Shown piece by piece: positions 7,974-16,563 of a stretch of DNA of 64,000 nucleotides; positions within the stretch are counted from its first letter, which is position 1, and every line of letters begins with the position of its first letter. The DNA comes from a bacterium (GTDB taxonomy: Bacteria > UBP7 > UBA6624). Where the stretch lies: NCBI GenBank assembly GCA_002716355.1, contig PBAU01000002.1, positions 22,411 to 86,410 on the forward strand, read 5' to 3'. The notes beneath the pieces were generated by a model. That model had not been told where the DNA came from and did not search any database. It saw only the letters and a program-made list of their open reading frames with translations. The position numbers were made by a program, and so were the translations under genes.

Positions 7974-9311
7974 CTAAAAGCTGCCTTTTACATTCCATGA
8001 CAGTTGCCAATTGTTGTCATTGTTGCCCGATTCATTACCCCAGTCAAGCACCCAAGACATCTTTACATTATCAGCAGCCTGTCTGGATAAACCTAATGAT
8101 AGGTAGTCAACATTGTTTCGGAAAGAACCAAACATGTTTGATGTAACGCCTGTTTTCCTCCACGCAATGCTTCCATCCCAGCCGTCAAGCAAGTTTATAT
8201 TTGTCTTGATCTCATAGCTGCTGTCGCCACTGTTTTGTGATGCAGCATCCCAGAGATAAGTAATATTAAGATCTTTGTTTATAAGATTTAATGTAGACGC
8301 AATGCTTCCAACCTTACCACCTGCATTTTCAGTCCAACCAAAAGTGCCAGGAAGGCCGAAGACCAATGAATCTGATGTTGCTTGCAGGAATGTAATCTCA
8401 CTCATCGTGCTTGCATTGTTATCATCCATCCAACCTGTAACAAATCTATAATCCTTCAATTCACCGCCTATCACAGCACCCTCGAATGCCTGGTAAGGAT
8501 TCCATGAGAAATTGGACTGTGTCCAGAAAGGTTCAAACCTTCCAACTACATAATCCAAACCATTTGCAGATGATTTGCCGTTGTAAACCATGTATGTTTC
8601 ATGAAGGTCAAAAGCCCAATTCCTTGAATCACCGTTTACGTTTCCATCAAAATCATTTGATGTTACAGGTACCCATGGCCCCCCTCTCATAAACATGTTT
8701 CTTCCGCCGACAGCCATGTCGTCCATTTCGGTTTGCAAAGACATTCCGAACATGAAGTCACCTGATTCATGGGCCATATCCATTCTCATGTGACCCCATA
8801 GGTTTTCTGTATTGTTGCCCCCGCCTTGCTGTTCGCTCAATTCAAAACCATAAGTAAAAGCAAAACCTGGACCGCCACCTGGGCCAATCCTGCTGATTCT
8901 GTCATCAAGATTCTCAACCTCACTCCAGAGGTCCATAACCTCACCAGAAAGAGCATCGATTCTCAATTCATTAGCGGCAATTGCAGCCCTAACTTCATCA
9001 AGCTCAGCGTCAAATTCACTTCTCAACATGGCCATTAGGCCAGAAACGTCATCAGGGGTTCCACCCTCGCTTCCGCCAAATCGCATAGCCAGGTCTCTTT
9101 CAAGCCTTGCAAGCATAACTGCCCATTCGTATCTTGTCATTTTCTCATCGCCTTTAAACTCCTCATCAGGGTATCCAATCACATAGCCTTTTGCTGCAAG
9201 GTATTCAACAGCATCGTATGCCCAATGATCTACAGGAACATCATCAAAAGCTCCTGCCTTCAGGTTAAAAGAAAACACAAATGCTAGTGCTATCAATAAG
9301 ATATTTTTCAT
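7974..9311 (-). CDS. SLH-domain outer-membrane porin (OmpM / cyanobacterial Som-type)
   Basis: Signal peptide MKNILLIALAFVFSFNLKAGA, then an SLH motif (FDDVPVDHWAYDAVEYLAAKGYVIGYPDEEFKGDEKMTRYEWAVMLARL). A heptad-like coiled coil follows (ELDEVRAAIAANELRIDALSGEVMDLWSEVENL). The remainder is a Gly/aromatic-rich beta-strand region ending in NVKGSF with a terminal Phe, as in OM beta-barrels. Confidence 0.75.
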   Translation of the reverse strand: MKNILLIALAFVFSFNLKAGAFDDVPVDHWAYDAVEYLAAKGYVIGYPDEEFKGDEKMTRYEWAVMLARLERDLAMRFGGSEGGTPDDVSGLMAMLRSEFDAELDEVRAAIAANELRIDALSGEVMDLWSEVENLDDRISRIGPGGGPGFAFTYGFELSEQQGGGNNTENLWGHMRMDMAHESGDFMFGMSLQTEMDDMAVGGRNMFMRGGPWVPVTSNDFDGNVNGDSRNWAFDLHETYMVYNGKSSANGLDYVVGRFEPFWTQSNFSWNPYQAFEGAVIGGELKDYRFVTGWMDDNNASTMSEITFLQATSDSLVFGLPGTFGWTENAGGKVGSIASTLNLINKDLNITYLWDAASQNSGDSSYEIKTNINLLDGWDGSIAWRKTGVTSNMFGSFRNNVDYLSLGLSRQAADNVKMSWVLDWGNESGNNDNNWQLSWNVKGSF

Positions 9312-9374
9312 AGTTCACAAACCTCCAAAAAAATAGTTACTCTATTAGATTATAGGGATATATTTGTTTTCTGG

Positions 9375-9695
9375 TTATTTTTTAAAGGGAAACAAAAGAA
9401 AGATTGAGTTAAATATAGCGCAAAAGCTTCCCAAACCTAACAAATCGACTGAGTTGCGACTGATAACCAATGTTGATCCAATGTTGAGACAGACTGAGAA
9501 AAAAAGCAACCACGACATTAATGTAAGGTTTTTGTCTTCTTTGTAATTTTTAGCTATAGCCAGTACTACACAAGACACTATCAAAAGCACCTTAACTGCT
9601 GAAGTTTCATTTAGTGTTGTGCTGCTGTACCATGGAAGAAAACCGCCAAGCAAGCTAATTACAAGTGATGTGATTGTTTTTTTATTCACTTTCAC
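9375..9695 (-). CDS. Small hypothetical membrane protein
   Basis: 106 aa with three or four hydrophobic segments. It overlaps the end of the upstream pgeF-like gene by 14 nt. Confidence 0.35.
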   Translation of the reverse strand: MKVNKKTITSLVISLLGGFLPWYSSTTLNETSAVKVLLIVSCVVLAIAKNYKEDKNLTLMSWLLFFSVCLNIGSTLVISRNSVDLLGLGSFCAIFNSIFLLFPFKK

Positions 9696-10266
9696 TAATT
9701 TCCATTTTTATCCAATTAAAACCTTTCTTATAGCCTCTCTTGGAGGCAAAACCTGTTGAACAAATTGTACATTCCTGATTGAAGCTTATATTTTCACCTA
9801 GTTGACTCCTTAAAATTTTACCCATGTTGAGAAAAGATTTATTGTCTCGATTAATCAAGAAGGGTTTTCCAAAGTGTTCCATGCCTTGTTTTTTTCCAAA
9901 TTCATAACAGCACTCTTTAGCAAAAGGGAAAACATGTATATCAACCTCTCCGTTAAAAAAACCTTGCATCTTTTGGCATATTCCGGAAGCAATGCCCCTC
10001 CAGCCTGCGTGAACTATTCCTGCAGATTTTGCCCCAACAAATGCAACGCAAGTGCAATCTGCAGTTTTAATCCAATACCGTCCTGCCTTGGTTGCAAAAA
10101 TACCATCAGCAGCTAAATTGTTATGTTGCGGGTTTTTTAATATTTTAGTTTCATGTTTTTGCTGCAACCTTATACCTTCTTTTGGCATATATGGTGGCAA
10201 ATAGAGCGAAAAGGTAACCTTTTTATTCAGTTTGGAAAACCATTTCATCATTATGGATATTATCAT
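9682..10266 (-). CDS. pgeF: Peptidoglycan editing factor / YfiH (DUF152, laccase-domain) family protein
   Basis: Contains TADCTCVAF...IVHAGWRGIASGI, KECCYEFG and a C-terminal CTICSTGFASKRG, the YfiH family motif order (ADCxP...HAGWRG...C.YEV...CT...F.S.R). Confidence 0.7.
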   Translation of the reverse strand: MIISIMMKWFSKLNKKVTFSLYLPPYMPKEGIRLQQKHETKILKNPQHNNLAADGIFATKAGRYWIKTADCTCVAFVGAKSAGIVHAGWRGIASGICQKMQGFFNGEVDIHVFPFAKECCYEFGKKQGMEHFGKPFLINRDNKSFLNMGKILRSQLGENISFNQECTICSTGFASKRGYKKGFNWIKMEISESE

Positions 10267-10277
10267 TTAATATTGCT

Positions 10278-10360
10278 GCCGGTGTGGCGGAATGGTAGAC
10301 GCGACGGACTTAAAATCCGTTGTCCGCAAGGACGTGGGGGTTCGAGTCCCTTCGCCGGCA
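10278..10360 (+). tRNA. tRNA-Leu, anticodon TAA (class II, long variable arm)
   Basis: 83-nt cloverleaf. The acceptor stem is GCCGGTG/CGCCGGC, the anticodon stem ACGGA/TCCGT with loop CTTAAAA, the long variable arm TGTCCGCAAGGACGT, and the T loop TTCGAGT. The discriminator is A. The gene is contiguous, with no intron. Confidence 0.85.
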
Positions 10361-10371
10361 TGCTTAATATT

Positions 10372-10845
10372 ATGGATGTTTTAATTGGGCAAAAACTTGC
10401 AAAACTAAGGCAACAAAAGGGTCTTACCCTAAATGATGTTGCCAAAGAGGTGGGGATATCTGCTGTATACATCTCTCTATTGGAAAGAGGGTTAAGAAAA
10501 AACCCAAGCAAAGAAGTCTTGAAAAGATTGGTTAGCCTTTATGGTGTCTCTGAAACAAGCTTGCTTAAGCCAGGATCCTCGTCGCCACCTGTTGAGGATG
10601 ATTCTGGTGGTGTTGATTACACACAAACTCAAGTAACACCTGGAGCTATACCGAAAAATCCTCAGGGTATTCCTGTATCTGTTCGTCGTTTTTTAGAGAG
10701 TGAAGATGCTGATTTCCTAAGGCCAAGTGCCGGTGAAATACGAATCCTCGTTGCATGGGCGAGAAAAAACCACCATGCATCCCCTGAAGAAGTTATGTTT
10801 TATCTTATTGAGAAAGTGAGGCCATCACTACCAAAACAATTTTGA
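10372..10845 (+). CDS. XRE-family helix-turn-helix transcriptional regulator
   Basis: IGQKLAKLRQQKGLTLNDVAKEVGISAVYISLLERGLRKNPS is a classic Cro/C1 HTH. The track ORF (10153) reads through the tRNA-Leu, so I trimmed it to the ATG at 10372; an ATG at 10360 is an alternative. The C-terminal ~90 aa are uncharacterised. Confidence 0.7.
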   Translation: MDVLIGQKLAKLRQQKGLTLNDVAKEVGISAVYISLLERGLRKNPSKEVLKRLVSLYGVSETSLLKPGSSSPPVEDDSGGVDYTQTQVTPGAIPKNPQGIPVSVRRFLESEDADFLRPSAGEIRILVAWARKNHHASPEEVMFYLIEKVRPSLPKQF

Positions 10846-12011
10846 AATCTGTTTGGATTGTTTCTGCCCAGAGGACGCCGATTGGAAAATTTGGTGGTGG
10901 TTTTAAGGATTTTAATGCTGTTGACCTGGGTGTGCTGGCAACACAAAAAACCATTGCGCAAAGTGTTTTTGATGCAAAGGATGTTGATTTAACAATTTTT
11001 GGACATGGAAGACAGGGTGGAAGCGGACCAAATCCCTCAAGGCAAATTGCAATTCGATCTGGTTTGAATGAATCGACAACCTCATACACCGTAAATCAAG
11101 CTTGTGCATCTAGTCTTTTAGCAATAAAACATGCTTTTTATGAACTTCAAAATGGTAACTCTAAAGCAATAATTGCTGGCGGTATAGAGTCAATGAGCTC
11201 TCTTCCCCATTACCTATTTGAATCCAGATGGGGCAAGGGTTACGGAAACATCAAGGGTTGGGATGCCAACTATAAAGATGGATTCTTTTGCCCTTTAGCA
11301 AATCAACTAATGGGTTTAACGGCTGAAACACTTGCAAAAGAGGCTCAAATAGACAGGCGGATGCAAGAAGAATTTGCTATTCAAAGCCACAACAAAGCAC
11401 AAAACGCTTCCAATAATGGAATTTTTAAAAATGAAATGTTCGATGTAAAAACAAAAAAATCAACAATCACAAAAGACGAAACGATTCGAGAGAATCCAGA
11501 TCCCAAAAAATTAGCAAAATTACCCACTGTTTTCTTAAGTCAAGAAAAAGGTGGAACTGTCACTGCTGGAACCAGCTGTTCTATGGCAGATGGAGCTGCG
11601 TCAATGCTTCTTGTTGGCGACATATCTCCTCCACCTGGCGCTTTAGCTAAAATTGTTGGATTTTGTGACACTGGTGTGGCGCCAACACATATGGGAATTG
11701 GACCTGTGTCAACATGTCAAAAATTAGAAAAGATAACCAATTGGAAAACCTCTAGTTACCAACATGTTGAGCTTAATGAGGCGTTCGCTGCGCAGGTTTT
11801 AGCATGTCAACAACACCTTAACATAAAAAAGAACAGACTGAACCCTTATGGTGGCGCGATAGCTCTTGGACACCCTATTGGATGTACTGGTGCAAGAATT
11901 GCCACAACATTGTCACACTCAATAAAAAGAATGGGCAAGGGCACGCGTGGCTTGGCAACATTATGTGTAAGTGGCGGCATGGGTTTTGCTCTTGCCCTTG
12001 AAAGCTGCTAG
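10842..12011 (+). CDS. Acetyl-CoA acetyltransferase (thiolase), second copy
   Basis: 389 aa with RTPIGKFGGGF, NQACASSLLA, GHPIGCTGAR and CVSGGMG. TTG start overlapping the upstream stop. Confidence 0.9.
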   Translation: MKSVWIVSAQRTPIGKFGGGFKDFNAVDLGVLATQKTIAQSVFDAKDVDLTIFGHGRQGGSGPNPSRQIAIRSGLNESTTSYTVNQACASSLLAIKHAFYELQNGNSKAIIAGGIESMSSLPHYLFESRWGKGYGNIKGWDANYKDGFFCPLANQLMGLTAETLAKEAQIDRRMQEEFAIQSHNKAQNASNNGIFKNEMFDVKTKKSTITKDETIRENPDPKKLAKLPTVFLSQEKGGTVTAGTSCSMADGAASMLLVGDISPPPGALAKIVGFCDTGVAPTHMGIGPVSTCQKLEKITNWKTSSYQHVELNEAFAAQVLACQQHLNIKKNRLNPYGGAIALGHPIGCTGARIATTLSHSIKRMGKGTRGLATLCVSGGMGFALALESC

Positions 12012-12892
12012 GGTAAAACACTTAAGGCAAAACTTGTTGTTAACCATGTTATAAACATGAAAACAACCACCGTACCCATTTCACCATGTTTTTGTTTGAA
12101 GATATGGTGAATGTGTCTTTGATCAGGTTGGGATATTTTTTTAAATAATTTTAAAAGTGTTCTTTTTTCCCCTTTCCTGAAGGGGGCCCTTCTTATAATA
12201 GCCCAAAAAACATCCAGGAAAGGCAAAAAGAAAAACAAAATAAAAAATTGAAAATGAATATCTGGATCAAATAATTCAGGTCCTCCAATTTGTGTAATTG
12301 AAATCCAAAATGCTATTGATCCGAGCAACAATGATCCGGAATCACCAAGATAAATGTGTTTATTTTTCAAACTTGAATAACCAGCCCCCAAAACAATAAA
12401 AGAAATTGCGAAATGCTGTCCTGACTGAAGGAATAAAACAAAACACAAAAGGGGCAGTAAACCATTAACACCGTCTAGAAAGTTAAACCCGTTAATGACT
12501 AACAACCCTAAAAGCAACAAAAAAACTAACTGATTTAAATTTAAATCGAAATTAGACAAAAACCAACAAATAACAATGGCTTGTAAAAACAATTTTTTTA
12601 AAGCTTTCATGTCGTGCAAATCGTCAAAAAAACCTATCATGAAAAACCCAAGAAATAAAAATGGCACATAAGGTGTTAAGAGCTGTATATCGATGCTGAG
12701 ACTGTCATAAATGAAAAAACATGCAAATAAACCAAACACAATTGCCCAGCCTCCTACAAGTCTTCCGGGGTTGTTCTTGTTTCCTGTTTGTCTTTGTTTG
12801 AAAATGTCTGCATCCTTAGAGCTCTTAGAAAAATAAAAAGACAGACATGTTGTCAGGGTGAATGAGAAAATTGCGGTAAAAAAATCAGTCAT
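12008..12892 (-). CDS. Polyprenyl-phosphate N-acetylhexosamine-1-phosphate transferase (MraY/WecA, glycosyltransferase family 4)
   Basis: Polytopic membrane protein with GFFDDLHDM, FNFLDGVNGL and YLGDSGSLLLG motifs typical of the family. Confidence 0.7.
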   Translation of the reverse strand: MTDFFTAIFSFTLTTCLSFYFSKSSKDADIFKQRQTGNKNNPGRLVGGWAIVFGLFACFFIYDSLSIDIQLLTPYVPFLFLGFFMIGFFDDLHDMKALKKLFLQAIVICWFLSNFDLNLNQLVFLLLLGLLVINGFNFLDGVNGLLPLLCFVLFLQSGQHFAISFIVLGAGYSSLKNKHIYLGDSGSLLLGSIAFWISITQIGGPELFDPDIHFQFFILFFFLPFLDVFWAIIRRAPFRKGEKRTLLKLFKKISQPDQRHIHHIFKQKHGEMGTVVVFMFITWLTTSFALSVLP

Positions 12893-12916
12893 TATTTGGT
12901 TTTTGGCTGAAAAAAA

Positions 12917-14965
12917 TCAAATATCTATATTCATTACTTTTGTTGCATTTTTCTGAATGAAAATTTTTCTTTCTGAAACGTCTTTGCCCATCAGGGATGT
13001 AAATGTGTTTTCGGCATCCACAACATCTTCAACCTTTACTCTTTCTAAAATTCTTGTTTCCGGATCCATGGTGGTTTCCCAAAGTTCATCTGCATCCATC
13101 TCACCCAAACCTTTAAACCTCATAATGGTGGGGTTTCTTCCTTCCCACTTTTCCAAAAGAGCTTCCTTTTCCCTTTCATCTATAACATACTTTTCATCTT
13201 TGCCTGCTCTTATTTTGTACAACGGGGGTCGGGCTGCATATATATGTCCATTTTCAATCAATGACGGCATGTGTCTGTAAAAAAATGTTAGCAAAAGTGT
13301 TTTAATATGTGCACCATCAACATCCGCATCGGTCATAAATATAATCTTGTTGTATCTCAACTTTTGTGCGTTAACCCCTGTTTGTGCAATTGATGCTCGT
13401 TCGCTTAATGGGAAAATTCTTCGAACTGTTTTTGCTCCCTCTTGCATTTCAGCATCTGGGAACTCTTGTTCAAAATCCTCATCACTCATGTATTCAGTCC
13501 TTGGCGTAAACCCTATGCCTATTGCCTGGATGAGAGCTTTGATCTCTTCATTGTTAAGCCATCTCGATTCAGTGTTGGCTTTTTCAACATTTAAAATTTT
13601 ACCCCTGAGCGGTAAAACAGCTTGGAAATGGGGATCGCGAGCTTGTTTGGAGTTGCCGCCTGCGGAGTCACCCTCGACAATAAAGAGTTCTGTTCTTGTT
13701 CTATCTTTTGAAATGCAGTCTGTAAGTTTTCCTGGAAGAACCCCGCTTCCCAGGTTCTCCTTGCTTCTTTCCAGGTCAAAAGCCTTTTTGGCTCTTTGGC
13801 TGGCTTTAGCGATGGTCACAGCGAGTAAAACAATTTTTCTGGCCTCTTGCGGGTGTTGTTCCAACCATCTGTAAAAATCACCAGAGACAGTTGAGTGAAC
13901 AGCGCCTTTCGCAACAGTGCTACCGAGTTTACCTTTTGTCTGTCCTTCAAATTGTGGTTCATGCAAGCGTACAGTCACAATTGCTTGCATTCCATATCTA
14001 ATTGATTCACCGTCAACAGAAACATCCTTATCTTCCAATTTGTAATCTTTCATGTATTTCAATAAAGTTCTTGTTACACCTGTGTTTAAACCAGTAACAT
14101 GCGTTCCTCCACCTTGTGTTCGAATATTGTTAACAAAAGACAACGTTTCGCCTCTTTTTTGTGTTAAAAACTGAAGTGTTAGCTCCACGTGTACAACTGG
14201 TCCATTTTTAGTCTTAGCTTCTTTTGCACAAAAAAACGGTGTTGTTAATAGTGTGGTGTCGTTTTCTGTTAAGTCTTCTATGTATTCAGCTATGCCGCCC
14301 TCGTGGATGAATTCTTCAATGTAAACATCCACATCCCTTAGGTCCTCAAGGATGATCTTTAATCCAGGATTAAGGTAAGCCAGCTCTTTTAATCTTCTTT
14401 TTAAAGTTTTTACATTGAAGATAATTCCTTCTTTGAAAATTTGACTGTCTGGAAAAAATTGTATCTTTGTGCCTCTTGCTTTAGTTTTTCCTACCTCTTT
14501 TAAGGATGAGGTTAACTGTCCTCTTGAATAATCGATTTCATATTCCTTGCCATCCCTATAAACCCTTGCTTTCAGCCATTCCGAAAGAGCATTCACACAT
14601 GAAACACCAACACCATGCAAGCCACCTGAAACTTTATAGGTTTTATCATCAAACTTACCACCTGCATGTAGGGTTCCCAGAACCAGCTCTATTGCTGGAA
14701 CTTTTTTAATTTTGTGCATGTCAACAGGGATGCCTCGACCGTTATCCTCGACTTCACATGAACCATCTTCCATAAGCCTTACAGTAATTTGAGTACACTC
14801 GCCTGCCATTGCTTCGTCTATAGAGTTGTCAACAACCTCCCAAACCAAATGATGCAAACCGGCTTCTGCAGTGTCGCCTATGTACATAGCTGGACGCTTT
14901 CTTACTGCCTCCAAGCCCTCTAAAACTGTTATTTGATCGGAAGTGTATTTGTTATTTTTTGCCAT
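12917..14965 (-). CDS. gyrB: DNA gyrase subunit B
   Basis: 682 aa with YIGDT, LHHLVWEVVDNSIDEA, GGLHGVG, EGDSAGG, PLRGKILNVEKA, DADVDGAHI and GLGEM motifs. Confidence 0.97.
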   Translation of the reverse strand: MAKNNKYTSDQITVLEGLEAVRKRPAMYIGDTAEAGLHHLVWEVVDNSIDEAMAGECTQITVRLMEDGSCEVEDNGRGIPVDMHKIKKVPAIELVLGTLHAGGKFDDKTYKVSGGLHGVGVSCVNALSEWLKARVYRDGKEYEIDYSRGQLTSSLKEVGKTKARGTKIQFFPDSQIFKEGIIFNVKTLKRRLKELAYLNPGLKIILEDLRDVDVYIEEFIHEGGIAEYIEDLTENDTTLLTTPFFCAKEAKTKNGPVVHVELTLQFLTQKRGETLSFVNNIRTQGGGTHVTGLNTGVTRTLLKYMKDYKLEDKDVSVDGESIRYGMQAIVTVRLHEPQFEGQTKGKLGSTVAKGAVHSTVSGDFYRWLEQHPQEARKIVLLAVTIAKASQRAKKAFDLERSKENLGSGVLPGKLTDCISKDRTRTELFIVEGDSAGGNSKQARDPHFQAVLPLRGKILNVEKANTESRWLNNEEIKALIQAIGIGFTPRTEYMSDEDFEQEFPDAEMQEGAKTVRRIFPLSERASIAQTGVNAQKLRYNKIIFMTDADVDGAHIKTLLLTFFYRHMPSLIENGHIYAARPPLYKIRAGKDEKYVIDEREKEALLEKWEGRNPTIMRFKGLGEMDADELWETTMDPETRILERVKVEDVVDAENTFTSLMGKDVSERKIFIQKNATKVMNIDI

Positions 14966-14991
14966 TATTTTTATTGTACCGGTTTTTAAAT

Positions 14992-16269
14992 TTATTTTTT
15001 TATTTGTTCTAAGAGATCATGCTCCATTTGCTGTAGAGTGGATTTTTTTTCCGCCTCCATTGTTACCTCTATACGAGAATGTTCTTCTGTGTTTGCCCAA
15101 AACCAAGATCCATTTTCATAGTCTGTCCTGATCCCCTGAAGGTCTCTGACACTCACAAGAGGTGAACCTGCAAGGTTCATAACTGGTTCTTCTCGAAAAA
15201 AATTTTTCAATCTAACATGTTCTGATTTTTCCAACTGCAAGATCAAAGTTCTCTTGATGCCCTTTCCGTACTTGTCAGAAATTGAAATTCTTGTTTTTGA
15301 GAGAGGTTCTGATGTTTTTTGGAGATGATTCATTAGTGAAATTATGCAATAAAGTGCGTCTGGTACCGTATTATGCAAAAACGGTATAGTTATGTTTCCT
15401 CTCTTTACAGCCATCAAGCCATTTGTTTTTTTAAGAGCATTGTGCAAGTCCTTCTCACGAGTGGTTGTGAATACAATTTTTTGATTTAACTCTTTGGCGA
15501 TCTTCTGAAAAATATTGCTTGTGTTAACAGCGCAAACGATTGCACCATTTCTTTTTTCAAGCTCTGCTTTGTATAAGAAGGCTTGTATCCATTCGCCAGG
15601 CCACACAAAACCTTTATCGTCTATGATGAAAAATCTTTCGCCACTGTCATCCAAGACAAAACCCAAATCACAATTTTCACCTACAACATGCCTTGCAACA
15701 TCATCAACCCTGTGCTTGTATGGTTTGTTTTTATCAACTTGCAATGTAAAAACCGTGTGTGTATCAAATATTTTTTTAGCTATTTTTTCCACAACCGGAT
15801 TGGAGGTTTGAATTGTTATCTTTTTGGGCTTTTGTCGTTTTCGGATTGAAAGCAGTTCGTTTAGCTGTGTTGTTGGAATATTTTTTATTTTTACTTTTTT
15901 TTCATTGTCAAAACCATTTAACCCAACCTCGGGATGTGGGTTACCTTTTTCATCAAAAACCTTAAAACCCATCATTGCTTGCGGTGAAGATCCTGCAGTA
16001 ATGATTATCGAGCAAAAATCATTTTTAACAGCCTCCCTTACAGCAAATGGTGTTAATGTTTCTTGTTTGGTTTCACAAACATTTAAACCCCAAGAATTCA
16101 ACTCACCCAGGATTGCTTCTTTTACCCGTTTCCCCATAAACCTTGCCCCGTCCTCTGCAAGCAAATATTTCCTACTAGGATCAAGTGTTATTCGTAACTG
16201 TTTTAAAATTTTATTTAAGGTTAGGTCTCTACCCCATTTTCCATAAAAATAATTATCTTTAATTTTCAT
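14992..16269 (-). CDS. Alpha-D-phosphohexomutase (PGM/PMM)-like protein with substituted catalytic motifs
   Basis: 425 aa, colinear with the four-domain PGM/PMM fold. The signature motifs are altered: TASHNP reads IIITAGSSPQAMMGFKVF, DGDGDR reads LDDSGERFFIIDDKG, and the RxSGTEP loop reads ANTEEHSRIEV. Confidence 0.5.
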   Translation of the reverse strand: MKIKDNYFYGKWGRDLTLNKILKQLRITLDPSRKYLLAEDGARFMGKRVKEAILGELNSWGLNVCETKQETLTPFAVREAVKNDFCSIIITAGSSPQAMMGFKVFDEKGNPHPEVGLNGFDNEKKVKIKNIPTTQLNELLSIRKRQKPKKITIQTSNPVVEKIAKKIFDTHTVFTLQVDKNKPYKHRVDDVARHVVGENCDLGFVLDDSGERFFIIDDKGFVWPGEWIQAFLYKAELEKRNGAIVCAVNTSNIFQKIAKELNQKIVFTTTREKDLHNALKKTNGLMAVKRGNITIPFLHNTVPDALYCIISLMNHLQKTSEPLSKTRISISDKYGKGIKRTLILQLEKSEHVRLKNFFREEPVMNLAGSPLVSVRDLQGIRTDYENGSWFWANTEEHSRIEVTMEAEKKSTLQQMEHDLLEQIKK

Positions 16270-16272
16270 TTC

Positions 16273-16563
16273 TTACTGCAGTGTAATTTTATTTATTTTT
16301 ATCTTTTGATTTGAAAGTTTTTCGATTATCGATTTTTTATTTTTGTTAAGTGTTTTTTTAATAATTGGGTGACTTTTTTTAACACTAACAAACAACTCTT
16401 GGTTTTTAAGGTTTTTTACCTCTGATTTTTTATAGGTTGGTTCTATTTTTTTTTTCCACACACCCCTAACCAACAAGAGTTCATTTAAGCCTGGACTGAT
16501 CTTATTGATTATTTTTTGAATTTCTTTTTTGGGTTTTATACTTTGTTTAAAAATATTTTTCAC
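16273..16563 (-). CDS. DUF721 / DciA-family small basic protein
   Basis: 96 aa and Lys-rich. The pattern LLLVRGVWKKKIEPTYKKSEVKNLKNQELFVSVKKSHPIIKKTL resembles the DUF721 core (W..ivG......t.....dg.L.V.v.s). Its position between dnaN and gyrB is typical for this family. Confidence 0.45.
   Translation of the reverse strand: MKNIFKQSIKPKKEIQKIINKISPGLNELLLVRGVWKKKIEPTYKKSEVKNLKNQELFVSVKKSHPIIKKTLNKNKKSIIEKLSNQKIKINKITLQ

Noticed and set aside
6676-9311. Genomic island or mobile element integrated at the tRNA-Arg pair.
   Set aside because: I noticed no integrase, transposase, phage gene or direct repeat of the tRNA 3' end. The neighbouring gene is a structural porin. Only the orphan ORF remains unexplained, and it is reported separately with low weight.
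10278-10360. Possible group I intron in tRNA-Leu(UAA), as found in cyanobacteria and plastids.
   Set aside because: The gene folds as a contiguous 83-nt class II tRNA with an uninterrupted anticodon loop CTTAAAA, so no insertion is present.
10153-10371. N-terminal extension of the XRE regulator ORF given in the track.
   Set aside because: The extension reads straight through the tRNA-Leu gene (10278-10360) and overlaps the divergent pgeF start. The HTH protein begins at the ATG just after the tRNA.
13347-13874. 175-aa plus-strand ORF, together with other plus-strand ORFs between 12957 and 14709.
   Set aside because: They are antisense to gyrB and have no independent support.
15515-16246. 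Plus-strand ORFs of 88-140 aa.
   Set aside because: They are antisense to the phosphohexomutase-like gene. Their compositions are hydrophobic and Ser-rich, as is typical of shadow frames in AT-rich DNA.
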